Shown piece by piece: positions 9,301 to 19,400 of a DNA stretch of 43,003 nucleotides. The stretch lies in IMG/VR virus record IMGVR_UViG_2597490185_000004, positions 1 to 43,003 of that record. One strand, given 5' to 3'. Both the position numbers and the translations under genes were made by a program. The stretch's first letter is position 1. Each line of letters begins with the position of its first letter. This stretch comes from a virus. Below the pieces are notes generated by a model. The model saw nothing but the letters and a program-made list of their open reading frames with translations, searched no databases and was not told where the DNA came from.

Positions 9301-9553
9301 CGGAAAGAAGATCATCCTGAAAGGGGACACCACAAATACGGGCGGTACGGTGCTGACCGGTTCAGGATTAACTAAGCAGGGTGAACCCGTGGCTTGTGTG
9401 GGGGATGACGTATTTTGTCCTGCGTGTAAGGGCACCGGCACTATTGCTGAAGGTTCCTCACTGACGGTGATTCAGGGGAAGGCGGTGGCTTTGGAAGGGC
9501 ACAAGGTAGATTGCGGCTGTCCCTCTGGCTGTACCCTTGTTGCTGGGGGATAA
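9284..9553 (+). CDS. PAAR-domain spike tip protein
   Basis: ILKGDTTNTGGTV, VACVGDDVFCPACKG, VALEGHKVDCGC: PAAR-like repeats with Cys/His metal ligands. Confidence 0.9.
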   Translation: MRATIDGKKIILKGDTTNTGGTVLTGSGLTKQGEPVACVGDDVFCPACKGTGTIAEGSSLTVIQGKAVALEGHKVDCGCPSGCTLVAGG

Positions 9554-9559
9554 TAAAAT

Positions 9560-9592
9560 CTCACAGGCGGTAGAATGGCTATCGCCTGTGAG
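9560..9592. terminator. Hairpin closing the T6SS cassette
   Basis: CTCACAGGCGGTAG-AATGG-CTATCGCCTGTGAG, a 14-bp stem with one G-U pair, just after the PAAR stop. Confidence 0.65.
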
Positions 9593-9716
9593 TGACACAA
9601 TTAATGGTCAAAAAATCAGCTATTCTTGTCTTCAGTTGATGATTGAAGTAAGCGAAAAGTTCATTACAAATAGTATTCACCCTTTTCTGTAGCAAATAGG
9701 TATCAGCCGTAGTCAT
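9579..9716 (-). CDS. Small 45-aa ORF, possibly a truncated phage gene
   Basis: ATG at 9716 has a good RBS (AGAGGAAAAATA-ATG). The frame runs into the hairpin that ends the T6SS cassette. Confidence 0.3.
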   Translation of the reverse strand: MTTADTYLLQKRVNTICNELFAYFNHQLKTRIADFLTINCVTHRR

Positions 9717-9758
9717 TATTTTTCCTCTCTTAACGATGAGATTAAAGTATAGACACCG

Positions 9759-9782
9759 AAAAAGAACGAACGCTGTTTGTTC
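9759..9782 (-). terminator. Possible intrinsic terminator after the partition operon
   Basis: Minus strand GAACAAAC-AGC-GTTCGTTC-TTTTT, with one mismatch in the stem. Confidence 0.4.
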
Positions 9783-9801
9783 GATAAAAAATCTATAATA
9801 T

Positions 9802-10164
9802 TTACGGAATCTTTTTATCCAACTCACTGATTAAATCTTTAATCTGCTCTGGGTTCGTCTCCAAACTCAATTCTAATGCAGCCTTAATATCACCAAACGG
9901 CAATGATGCTAAGGTAACTAACGCGGCTCTGAACACGTCTGAACGGCTTAAATTGGCTCGTCTTGGAACGACTCGTAATAGATCAACAAGTTCATGGTAT
10001 TCGTCTTCCATTGAAACGGTGCGGCTTTTGATTACCTCATCGCTGTTTTTACGACGACCGCGCTGTTTAACCGTTTTTTCTTTCAATGAGGAATTGCTCA
10101 AAAATTCCTGTCTTGCTTCTTCACGATCTTGCTTTGCAAGCCCAGCCATAGGGTTCTTAGCCAT
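9802..10164 (-). CDS. Small partition partner of ParA (type Ib, ribbon-helix-helix-like centromere-binding protein)
   Basis: Overlaps the parA stop. It has a basic flexible N-terminus, then SRTVSM (beta strand) and LSRSDVFRAAL (RHH helix pattern). Confidence 0.65.
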   Translation of the reverse strand: MAKNPMAGLAKQDREEARQEFLSNSSLKEKTVKQRGRRKNSDEVIKSRTVSMEDEYHELVDLLRVVPRRANLSRSDVFRAALVTLASLPFGDIKAALELSLETNPEQIKDLISELDKKIP

Positions 10165-10846
10165 CTACCTTTTCTCCATATACAAATTCTTTTACTAACA
10201 ATTCAATTTCTTTCTCAGCTTTTTTGTCGCGTTCTGTTTTTGGCAATTCAAAAATAGTGCGGCCGGCTTCTTCCGCATCGTCATAAACATTGCGGGCATA
10301 GATGTTGGTACTTAGAGCTGACATACCGAAGGTTTCACACACGTCTTTTGAAAACTGGATTCTTGAGAACTGGTTCGGCAATGACGGGCATTGGTTCATG
10401 ACAACACGAACCTTTAATTCTTCATTCAGTATTTGGGCTTTTTCGACAATGCGATCAAGTGCCGCTAGTGAGCGAACGTCACGGCGCTTAGGACGGATAG
10501 GCAACAATAAATGAGTGGCACAAAGCATTGCTTCACGCTGTACCTCTGAGTCAAAACCTCCAGCGTCAACGACGATATAATCATACTGATCTTTAATACC
10601 ATTGAGGTATTTGATCACGTTGTCGGAGCGATAGTGATAGGACAGTTTTTTAATATCCTCTCCCGCAGGCGTGCTTTCACGATCCTGACACCACTGATAG
10701 GTGGTTTTTTGGATGTCAATATCGAGAAGGTGTACTTTTTTACCGACCTTAACTAGCATGAAGCCAGCAATTTGTTGTGCAATCGTACTTTTGCCGGGAC
10801 CGCCTTTACTACCACCCACCAGTATGATTTTTGCGTTCTTACTCAT
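10157..10846 (-). CDS. parA: ParA-family partition ATPase
   Basis: Deviant Walker A KGGPGKST, LLDIDIQ and YDYIVVDAGG. There is no N-terminal HTH, so it is type Ib. The start is 10846 or 10879. Confidence 0.92.
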   Translation of the reverse strand: MSKNAKIILVGGSKGGPGKSTIAQQIAGFMLVKVGKKVHLLDIDIQKTTYQWCQDRESTPAGEDIKKLSYHYRSDNVIKYLNGIKDQYDYIVVDAGGFDSEVQREAMLCATHLLLPIRPKRRDVRSLAALDRIVEKAQILNEELKVRVVMNQCPSLPNQFSRIQFSKDVCETFGMSALSTNIYARNVYDDAEEAGRTIFELPKTERDKKAEKEIELLVKEFVYGEKVDG

Positions 10847-11009
10847 GGTATTTGCCTTATCTGTTTTAGGATTATTCACGTACCGCGTTTATTGTTTTAT
10901 ATAAGATACCTTTGTTGTTTTCAAATTGGAAGAAAACCTATAAATAAAAGCATTTAAAAAAATATATTATTTTTTTATTAATATTGTTTAGATAAATGAG
11001 AAAAGGCGA

Positions 11010-11228
11010 CTACTTGTCGCCCTTCCTCCAACCACAGAGCCTGTGACCTATCAAATTGTGAGTGAGTATTTCTCTTGCGGTAAAGTCAGTTAAAGTATCC
11101 TCTGACCCTATGTATACTGGGGAAGCAGTTTCGCAGAACGCGGGGGAAGTGTTGGCAATGTTATTTACGCATCCAATCGTTGCGAAGCTCATCAATAACA
11201 GCAATGCTACTTTTAGAATGAACCTCAT
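11010..11228 (-). CDS. o-spanin (Rz1-like lipoprotein)
   Basis: From ATG at 11228: MRFILKVALLLLMSFATIG-C, a lipoprotein signal. It overlaps the end of the upstream i-spanin and closes the lysis cassette. Confidence 0.7.
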   Translation of the reverse strand: MRFILKVALLLLMSFATIGCVNNIANTSPAFCETASPVYIGSEDTLTDFTAREILTHNLIGHRLCGWRKGDK

Positions 11229-11397
11229 GCTCAACCTCACTCCTTGCATCAAGCGTGACTTTAAGCCGCTCAACTTCATCTTTGCGGCGTTTAATTTCCA
11301 TCGATTTTCTTACTGCTTTGCCGCCCAAATGATATGCGGAAAAGAGGAGAGCGATAACAGCCAAAGCAGTGTATAAAAATGCTGTCAGTTTATTCAA
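11161..11397 (-). CDS. i-spanin (Rz-like)
   Basis: N-terminal TM helix followed by a charged helical segment; follows the endolysin and overlaps the lipoprotein gene. Confidence 0.7.
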   Translation of the reverse strand: MNKLTAFLYTALAVIALLFSAYHLGGKAVRKSMEIKRRKDEVERLKVTLDARSEVEHEVHSKSSIAVIDELRNDWMRK

Positions 11398-11501
11398 TTT
11401 ATTTCCACCTTACATAGCGTCAGGAAAAGAATAGGAAAGTTTAACAAAATATGACCTTCCAATACTCTGTATTACAATCCAAACATAATTAACCCAACTC
11501 G

Positions 11502-12203
11502 TTACTCAATACCTTGTTTAAAACGTTTGATCTGCGAATATGAGATAACACACGCTACAGCAATCGTTGCAATCCCGAAGATAATGCGAGCCACTGAACC
11601 ACTGGATAAATGGCTTTCTGACTTAACTAGCGCGTCAGAAACTTGCGGCATGACTTCGGCAATCTGACCTATTCCCAAAGATGCCGCAACTGTTGCGCTG
11701 GCGGTTTCTTTTGTCACAGGCACCTTAGCGACCGTTTTGGCTTTCTGTACGATACCGGCGCGACGTAAGCCTTCGTCGATCACTTCGCGGCTATACCAGC
11801 TATTAATTGTTTTCAACCCACCCCGACCATTTTCCTGACGAATAATAGCCTCCACCAGTGGACGAATAATTTCATATTTATGGAGATCAATATTCTGATC
11901 AGGACATACACCAACCGTCTTACTAACAAATTGAATGTAGATTTCGGTATGATTTTCGACAACAGGTGCCCAACGTTCGATGATTTTACGAACCGTATCG
12001 ATACGTGTGCCATTGGCCGTTTTACGTTTGTCATGGTAGGTAATCAACGTCACGGTCAAAGCGCGAATGCCGTAAGCCGAATCTACAAATGAACAAAATC
12101 GTTTGTCTTGAGGAGTCTTGGTTAACCCCTGCCACGGCGACCCCATCTCAAGATTGCCGGGATTGTTGTTACGTATTCCACGAGGTAATCCTTTACCAGC
12201 CAT
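11502..12203 (-). CDS. Putative endolysin (lysozyme-like RGIRNNNPGN family) with hydrophobic C-terminus
   Basis: RGIRNNNPGNL, YGIRAL, IIERWAP..EN and AIIRQENG motifs; lies between the holin and the spanins. Confidence 0.75.
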   Translation of the reverse strand: MAGKGLPRGIRNNNPGNLEMGSPWQGLTKTPQDKRFCSFVDSAYGIRALTVTLITYHDKRKTANGTRIDTVRKIIERWAPVVENHTEIYIQFVSKTVGVCPDQNIDLHKYEIIRPLVEAIIRQENGRGGLKTINSWYSREVIDEGLRRAGIVQKAKTVAKVPVTKETASATVAASLGIGQIAEVMPQVSDALVKSESHLSSGSVARIIFGIATIAVACVISYSQIKRFKQGIE

Positions 12204-12214
12204 CGTAACTCTCC

Positions 12215-12553
12215 TTAGTTACCAATACCGTTCTTTAAGCCCCATGCCGCCAGCCCGAAAATAAGTGCAACGACAACGATAGAACCGATTTTTGACAGAA
12301 TTCCTCCGTAAAATCCGCTGGATAGGTTATCCAAACGAACAAGGAGTTTTTCTAAATTTGCGTGTTGGATACTGTGTTGTGCCGCGGTCATATCGCCAAA
12401 ATAGGCTTTAAGGTGGCGTTCAACTTCCTCACCCACTTTGTCTTTTAATTCCTCGCGCAAGTCGGTAGCGATTTCCTTTGCAACCACTCTTGCGATGCGA
12501 TCAATGATCTCTGGTGTTAATTTCCCCACCTCGTTAGCCATTTTAACCTCCAT
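12215..12553 (-). CDS. Putative holin
   Basis: Small protein with a single C-terminal TM segment (IGSIVVVALIFGLAAWGL), immediately upstream of the endolysin. Confidence 0.55.
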   Translation of the reverse strand: MEVKMANEVGKLTPEIIDRIARVVAKEIATDLREELKDKVGEEVERHLKAYFGDMTAAQHSIQHANLEKLLVRLDNLSSGFYGGILSKIGSIVVVALIFGLAAWGLKNGIGN

Positions 12554-12599
12554 GTATTCGGCAATCGGTGTGGGGATTTTATAACATTTATTAACTTAA

Positions 12600-12617
12600 T
12601 ATGTAAGCAATTACCTA
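12600..12617. promoter_or_regulatory. 18-bp palindromic operator-like box (1 mismatch)
   Basis: TATGTA-AGCAAT-TACCTA, upstream of the lysis cassette. Confidence 0.5.
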
Positions 12618-15600
12618 TTATTTTTCAGCGCATCAACCTGTTTTTGCAGGTCTTTTACAGATTCAACCAATAATCCTATGACACTGTTATAGTTCAAACG
12701 CAACAAACCATTTTCATCTTTAGTCACTGCTTCCGGCAATATATCTTGAACTTCCTGAGCAATAAGGCCGGCAGAACGGCTACTATTGTTGTTATCATCA
12801 GATATGGTGTAAGTATAACCACTTAATTTTGACAGTTTTTCGCTTGCATCACTGATTGTTGCAATATCTTTTTTGGCTCGTTTATCTGATCTGATATAGA
12901 CATCGTTAAAATTGCCATTACCTCCACAGTAAAACGATCCATCAGTACGCATTTGCCAGTCGCCACCATTAACACCGTTGTTAAACATAAGATGACTGCC
13001 AGAATCTTTATAAATATATCCATCAACTTGTGAACCATTATTAAATATAATATGGCGACGACCATTTCCTTTAAAAAGTAAATTGCCATGTATCTCGCCG
13101 CCAGATTTTTCTAAATAACGGCCGTCAGATTCACCTTTGGTATAACTGTCACCTCTATTAGCGTAATTACCTTTTGGCTGATATTTATTGTCAGATTCGC
13201 CTTTAGTATAGCTGTCTCCTTGAAGAGCAAATACACCTCCTCTCCCTGGATGGTGAATTTCACCCTTCCAGACACCACCCTGTTGTACTGTCCATCTCCA
13301 AACTCCATCTGCTTGAAAAAAGAAACTTTGGTTATTTACGGCTCCAGTTATGACATTTGGCGCTCGCACTTCGCCACTAAAAGTATGGGAAGCGGCATTG
13401 GCATAATTTCCTTTGGGTTGATATTTATTGTCAGATTCATCTTTTGAGTAAGCGTAATTCTCTAATGCAATCACACCGGTTTTTTGAGGCAACGCAGCAA
13501 CAAAAATATTAGCGCCATCTTTTTCACGATAGATAAAGTTTAGTGGTGCGCCACCGTGAGGGGATGTTTCAATAACAGCATAGCGGCCATCAGGCTTGGT
13601 TAACTTAACCCCGGTATAATCATTACTCCATGATGCCGTTAAATACCCAACCTTAAGCTCTTCTTTCGAGTTTTTTAAGGCATATTTACCGTCAGATTCA
13701 CCTTTGGAGTACGCGTCTACGTCACTCGCAGAAGGTTTATTTTTAGTTGTATAAAACTCTGTCCAAGGCTCTTCAAACCCATAACCATCCCTAGCCGAAC
13801 GATAGGCTATGCTATTATTCTTATATACTGATTTTAACTGAAGTGACGGTGTACTAAAGCCTGATGTCCCCATATTAAAATGAACAATAATTTGTGTATG
13901 GCCACCGTAATTTGCATTATATATACCAGATGCCGCATTCCACGGGACGTTATCCTTTGAAACAGTGTCCTTTAATCCTCTATGAAACGCACCAACATCA
14001 GCCGCATTCAACGTAATATCTGATAACAATGATTTTCCATTAATTTTTCGGCTATTAGAGACGGTGTTCTGATCGATTGCATAATCACCTTTCGGCTGGT
14101 ATTTGCCATCTGATTCACCTTTGGTGTAATGCTCTTCTAATATGGCGGCAGTTCCCGATTTTTTGGGGTGTTTGAATTCGCCAACATAGCGATCTCCGAG
14201 ATTAGCCAGCCAACATGCTTCGCCATTTTTGGGTTCTATCCATGTTCTATCTTTACCCCTAACCCCCGAAACAAATCCGGGTCCATATAGATTTGTATCA
14301 ATCGATAAATTCCCGCGTTCGTCGACTGCTGAGGCCAAAACGTAATTGTATGTCTTACCTTCTAACACCCCTTCAGGCAAGGTTTCCAGCGGTGTTGATA
14401 ATTTCCCTACATTTAATACTGTGACGTTGGTCTGCTGTACATTACAAATCAAATCAAATGGATAAGCACCAAAATGAACATAAACATCATATTCATCATC
14501 TTTAGTATTGATTGTTGCCACATTATTTGCAGCGCCATTATTTGTTCTATAAAGAGAAGCATTAATGCCTTTGGGATAACCATTACCAGACCGCAAAACA
14601 ATTTCAGACATGGCAGTTTGTTGATAAGCCCCAACATTATAGCCACTCCCACCCACCAGCTCTATACGTATAGTACTCGGTTTACCCGGATGTTGAGGCA
14701 TAACTACCTCGGCTATTTTTGTCCAAGTAGGTTTATCCGATCCTAGAGATATTGCAAGAGTCTTCCCTTTGAGGAGATCTTCTTTTATTTGTGCGGCAAG
14801 TGTTGCTCTATTGGCTGCATCCAACGCCTTGCTTTCTGAGGCTGCGGCTAATTCCGCTTTTTTGGTTGCCAAAGTAGCGGCTTCTTGTGCTGCATTTATT
14901 GATGACACCGCTACGTCTTCCGATGCTTTTGCTGATGCCTGAGAGACGGACGCCAGTTGTGCTGAATGTGTGGCGTTAGTTTCGGAGACTTTTGCAGCAT
15001 CTTGCGAACTTTTGGCTGCATTGGCTGCATTGAGTGCATTAGCTTCTGAGGCTTTTGTGGTAGCTTCACTCGCCTTTGAATTAGTTTCAGATAATTTTGC
15101 AACTTTAGCTGCATTATCAGCAACTTTTGCATCATTCCCCAATTTCGCAAGAGTATTCGCCGCATCTTTTGCCGAATTTTCAGCTTCGAATTTAAATAAT
15201 TCGGCATTACCTTCTGAAACTCTAGCGTTTTTCTCTGATGTAGCAGTATTAGTTTCTGATAATTTGGCGTTAGATTCGGACGTTTTCGCCGATTTTGCAG
15301 AAATTGAAGCATTAGACTCAGAAATCGCCGCACTAGTAGCTGCACCGATAGCTTTATTGGCTTCTTGTTCAGCCTTATTAGCAGAAGAAAAGGCATTGGA
15401 GGCAGATTTAGCGGAGGCATATTTAAATGATTCAGCATTGGTTTCAGAGGCTTTTGCTGCTATTTGCGAACTTGATGCTTGTTTGGCTTTTTCAGTCGCG
15501 GAATTTTCTGAGGCTTTAGCGTTATCTTCTGATAAATTAGCACTAACTTCGGATGATTTCGCATTCGTTTCCGAGGTCTTGGAGGCAAGTTCAGATAATT

Positions 15601-16393
15601 TGGCTTCTTTAGCTAAATTAGCCACATTAGTTTCGGAAATCTTTGCAGCCAATTGCGAGGCATTTGCTTCTTTAGCTGAATTAGCAGTGTTATTTTCTGA
15701 TGTCTTAGCTGCAACTTGTGAAGATGCAGCATCTTTAACTGAATTAGCTGCATTGGTTTCAGATGTCTTAGCATTATTTTCTGAAATTTTTGCCGACGAT
15801 TGAGATGAGGATGCCGCAATTAGGGAATCTTTCACTGCTTTCGCAGAATTAGTTGCCTTTTCTTCACTAGCTTGAGCTGCTGTTTGCGATTCTTTTGCTG
15901 CTTTCGCAGAATTAGCTGCATTTGCCGCTTGATGTCCAGCATCAGTAATCAACGCCCTATTTTTATCAAACCACCCAACGCGAGTTTTGTGCGCTGCATA
16001 GATAGTTTCTAGTGAATCAGCTGTAAATTTAGTACCATCATCTCGGATAATAACGACTGGTGACGGCGAAGTTAACCAGCGTCGAATCTCACGGAAATCT
16101 GTAGATATTGATTGCAATAATGCCGAGAATCGTGCACTAAACTGCGATAAATCCCCTTCATAAGTGGTAATAATACGACAAGGTTGATCCTTGATCGAAC
16201 CTCCCTTATAAGCCTCAGTTAATGTGAGTTCTGTATCACTTTGAACACTTTCGATCTCATATAAAAGGTTGTCGGAGCCAATAAGTACCATGCCTGGCAT
16301 AACTCCATATTTTGCCTGCGACCAAGAAGTGCCAACACCTTTAACTTTTTTGCTTTCTTTCTCAAAAGAATTAGTACCTTCCCTGTACCACAT
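12611..16393 (-). CDS. Side tail fibre with Ala/Ser-rich shaft and C-terminal intramolecular chaperone (peptidase S74-like)
   Basis: The likely start is MWYREGT at 16393 after GAGGAG. It has Stf-like A..SE.NA repeats, repeated YTKGESDGKY motifs and a C-terminal IRSDKRAKKDI...SAGLIAQEVQDILPEAV. Confidence 0.9.
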   Translation of the reverse strand: MWYREGTNSFEKESKKVKGVGTSWSQAKYGVMPGMVLIGSDNLLYEIESVQSDTELTLTEAYKGGSIKDQPCRIITTYEGDLSQFSARFSALLQSISTDFREIRRWLTSPSPVVIIRDDGTKFTADSLETIYAAHKTRVGWFDKNRALITDAGHQAANAANSAKAAKESQTAAQASEEKATNSAKAVKDSLIAASSSQSSAKISENNAKTSETNAANSVKDAASSQVAAKTSENNTANSAKEANASQLAAKISETNVANLAKEAKLSELASKTSETNAKSSEVSANLSEDNAKASENSATEKAKQASSSQIAAKASETNAESFKYASAKSASNAFSSANKAEQEANKAIGAATSAAISESNASISAKSAKTSESNAKLSETNTATSEKNARVSEGNAELFKFEAENSAKDAANTLAKLGNDAKVADNAAKVAKLSETNSKASEATTKASEANALNAANAAKSSQDAAKVSETNATHSAQLASVSQASAKASEDVAVSSINAAQEAATLATKKAELAAASESKALDAANRATLAAQIKEDLLKGKTLAISLGSDKPTWTKIAEVVMPQHPGKPSTIRIELVGGSGYNVGAYQQTAMSEIVLRSGNGYPKGINASLYRTNNGAANNVATINTKDDEYDVYVHFGAYPFDLICNVQQTNVTVLNVGKLSTPLETLPEGVLEGKTYNYVLASAVDERGNLSIDTNLYGPGFVSGVRGKDRTWIEPKNGEACWLANLGDRYVGEFKHPKKSGTAAILEEHYTKGESDGKYQPKGDYAIDQNTVSNSRKINGKSLLSDITLNAADVGAFHRGLKDTVSKDNVPWNAASGIYNANYGGHTQIIVHFNMGTSGFSTPSLQLKSVYKNNSIAYRSARDGYGFEEPWTEFYTTKNKPSASDVDAYSKGESDGKYALKNSKEELKVGYLTASWSNDYTGVKLTKPDGRYAVIETSPHGGAPLNFIYREKDGANIFVAALPQKTGVIALENYAYSKDESDNKYQPKGNYANAASHTFSGEVRAPNVITGAVNNQSFFFQADGVWRWTVQQGGVWKGEIHHPGRGGVFALQGDSYTKGESDNKYQPKGNYANRGDSYTKGESDGRYLEKSGGEIHGNLLFKGNGRRHIIFNNGSQVDGYIYKDSGSHLMFNNGVNGGDWQMRTDGSFYCGGNGNFNDVYIRSDKRAKKDIATISDASEKLSKLSGYTYTISDDNNNSSRSAGLIAQEVQDILPEAVTKDENGLLRLNYNSVIGLLVESVKDLQKQVDALKNNR
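13120..14130 (-). repeat. Five dispersed copies of a Y(S/T)K(G/D)ESD(G/N)(K/R)Y-encoding motif in the tail fibre
   Basis: The DNA core TC(A/T)GATTC..CTTT occurs near 13125, 13191, 13431, 13692 and 14109. Confidence 0.8.
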
Positions 16394-16420
16394 TCCATGT
16401 CTCCTCATTCAAATGGATAT

Positions 16421-16438
16421 TAAGTATTTAGATACCTA
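16421..16438. promoter_or_regulatory. 18-bp palindromic operator-like box
   Basis: TAAGTA-TTTAGA-TACCTA, upstream of the tail fibre gene. Confidence 0.7.
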
Positions 16439-16474
16439 TTATTTAAGCAGTATTATCACACACAATAATGCCAT

Positions 16475-19400
16475 TTACAGCAAACCAAGCCTAACTCGCA
16501 AAACCCCCTTTTCGTCATAAACATCAATGCGATTGTTGGAAATGTTTAATCGACCTTGTCCAGACGTTTGGCCGTTCATCTCCAACTGTCCATTCTTACC
16601 TAATCTCCAGCCTGTTCTTCCAGATGAATAGTTGTCAGATTGTAGATCACCAACTTTACCACTGCTTATTGAACCATTTTTTATATAAGCGGCATTCATG
16701 TAGGTAACGCCGTTCTCGACAACAAACGGAGTGGTCACAACACTGTTGTTTACGTTAACTAAACCAAACCGATCAGCCTGAACGAGAAATTGTGAAACCG
16801 TGTTATTTACTCCTAATGCTAGGCCAGCTGCATAGTTTTTTCCGTCTTTGGTGGTCTCTATTTTCAGATTCCAAGAGGCAGAAATTTTCCCATTAATCTC
16901 GGCTACTGCTTTTGTAGTTTGCTGAACAATAACAGTGTTTTCATTTAGGTTCGCTTGAACAGTGTCTACACGCTTACCAAGTGCTGAATCGCCGTTAGCA
17001 CGAGCCGACTGTTCTGATTTTACAGCCGCCTCGTTAGCGTTAGCCTTCGCCAAAACCTTAGAGATTTCCCCTGCTAACGCTTCATCTTTTGTAGTTCTAG
17101 CATTTGCTTCATTAGCAACCGCACTGGCAATATCTTTGGTCGTTTTCGCACTTAAGGAATAGACTTGGGTTGCCAAACTTTCATCAGCGGTTGTACGTGC
17201 GTTTTTCTCCGCCAACACTGCCGCTTCAATATCCTTGCTAGTCTGTGCCTTAAGGTGTTCAACACTTTGAGCCAGAGCGCTATCTTTGGTAGCACGAGTA
17301 CTTTTTTCCTTGTCAAGTTGAGCCTTGATATCTGTACCGACTTCACTTCTCAATTGGGTGATTTGTTTAGACAATGCTTCATCTGCATTTGCTCTTGTCT
17401 GCTTTTCCTCACTTAACTGCGCCTTGATGTTTTGGTTTACTTCGCTTTTAAGTTGTGTAACCTGCTTAGACAATGCCTCATCTGAATTTGCCCGTGTTTG
17501 CTTTTCTTCATTTAATTGGGCTTTGATGTTTTGATTGAACTCTGCGGTCATTGTTTCTATTTTTTGAGACAATGCCTGCTGTCCATCCACTATGACTTTC
17601 TGGTCAGTAAATATCTTGGCGTTGGTTTCACGTTGTTCCCTAACTTCTTCTTCACCTTTTAACGCAGTATCAATAGCTGCCTTAGCCACAGCTTCAACAG
17701 AACCAGAAACGCGAGCGATTGTCTTTTCGGCACCAATAACCGTAGATTCAGCCCGCTTAATGACTGCGTCATGACTGTTTATCTTTGTTTCAATCAACTC
17801 AACTTTTTCAGTTGTCGCTTTGTCACCTTCAATACGAGCATTTTTTTCTTCGAGTAAGACGGTTTCTATATTACCTTTTACCGTTTGAATCGCCTCTAAC
17901 GTTGAAGCGAACTTCTTATTTTGCTCATCGACAGTATTTTTGATTTTGGTAATCTTAGATGCATTGTCACCTGCATCTTGCAGGGCTTTTTTAGCATTCT
18001 CTTTTACCGTTTCAACGGAAGAATTTAGACTCTCTTGAGAAACCTTAATTTCACCCGTTATTTTGCCAATCTCATCAATTTTCTTATCTGATTCATCCAC
18101 TAAATCTTGAATCGCATCAATCTTTGTCTCCGATTTACCAATCAAATCATGTATTGCATCAAGATCTCCTTTGGCAGCTTTAGTGTCGATTTCTTCTAAT
18201 AACTCTTTACCGAGTTCGCTTGAAGTAATTTTATTCTTCAAAAAGGACAGAACATCCTTCGTGGCTGCCTGCGTACCTAAATTAGAGTTTACAAGGCTTA
18301 ACATACCTCGTTTGTTGATCGCCCTAACCCAATAGAACCATGCTATGTCATCATCCAGACCTGAATGTGTAAAGGTTGTTGATGGAATCTTTGCCAGCAA
18401 ACTCGCTGTTTCTAAGTTATTTGTTTTTGAACCATAAACGTAAATCGTATCTAGATCGATTGAGTCTGGATTTACCCAAGTCAGCACAATTTGTCTGTAA
18501 TCACCAACAGCAACCAGATTTTTAGGTGCTCCGGGAGGCATCAAAGTACCTAACGTTTTGTAAACAGTCACTAAGGTTTCTGTTCGTCTGCCAGTGATTG
18601 AAATTGCAAATACTTCAATATCATAATTAGCATTGTCTGCAACATTTAGAATTTCACATTGGTTATCGGTAACTTCCATGAGAATCCAATTGTCTATTAC
18701 ATCACTGCGGCGATAACGGACAACATATTTGGGGGAACGCCCTTCCCAAGATACAATCAGTTTCACCGCCAAATTACCGGGTGATGAAAGGTAAGTTGTT
18801 TCCATCACCTGCAAACCAACCGGTTTGCTGAAAGTCGGATCTAAGACGCTTGATTTAGGTGGAATGAGGATTGCACCACGGTCAATCGCTTCAAACTTAG
18901 ACGGGTTGTGCTCAACACCGGTGATCTCAAACGTGCCTTTTTCATCGCTCTCTTTCACACTCAGAACACGAATTAAAACGGGTTCTAAATCAGGTTCAGT
19001 AACCGTCCAAACACCCATTTCTACAGGTTCATCACCTGCCTTAATGGGTTCTTTAAATGTTACAATCTGATATTCGCCAGCCAGTTCAAGCAAGTTGCGA
19101 TCTATCATACGGCTGTCAGCCGTTAAAAATGTGATAAACGCCCCTTCTTTATCGAGCCTTACTGATGCATCCAGTGTTATGCTATTTTTGGTAAAAGACT
19201 TAATACGACCCGAATTACGCTTACCGGAGCGATATTTATCTTGTAATTTTACCAATTCACCGGGAACCAGAAACGAACTATCAATCCCTGCTTTGAAGAT
19301 AACAACATCTGTCTCCATTTTCGCAGTGTAAAGCAGCCACAGCCCCGTTCTGTATGCTTGCCCTCGGCTGGTACACCCAAACGCCAGTGATTCCGTTTTA

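Noticed and set aside
2585-9553. TssF/VgrG/PAAR as parts of the phage virion or a tailocin
   Set aside because: The tail genes are lambda-like and non-contractile with no sheath, and the cassette is on the opposite strand with effector-immunity genes.
10880-11005. Centromere (parS) repeats upstream of parA
   Set aside because: Only short TTGTTT-type matches in very AT-rich DNA, not distinguishable from chance.
14970-15803. 277-aa plus-strand Ala/Leu/Ser-rich ORF, and 14911..15438 on the minus strand
   Set aside because: These are shadows of the low-complexity Ala/Ser repeat region of the tail fibre.
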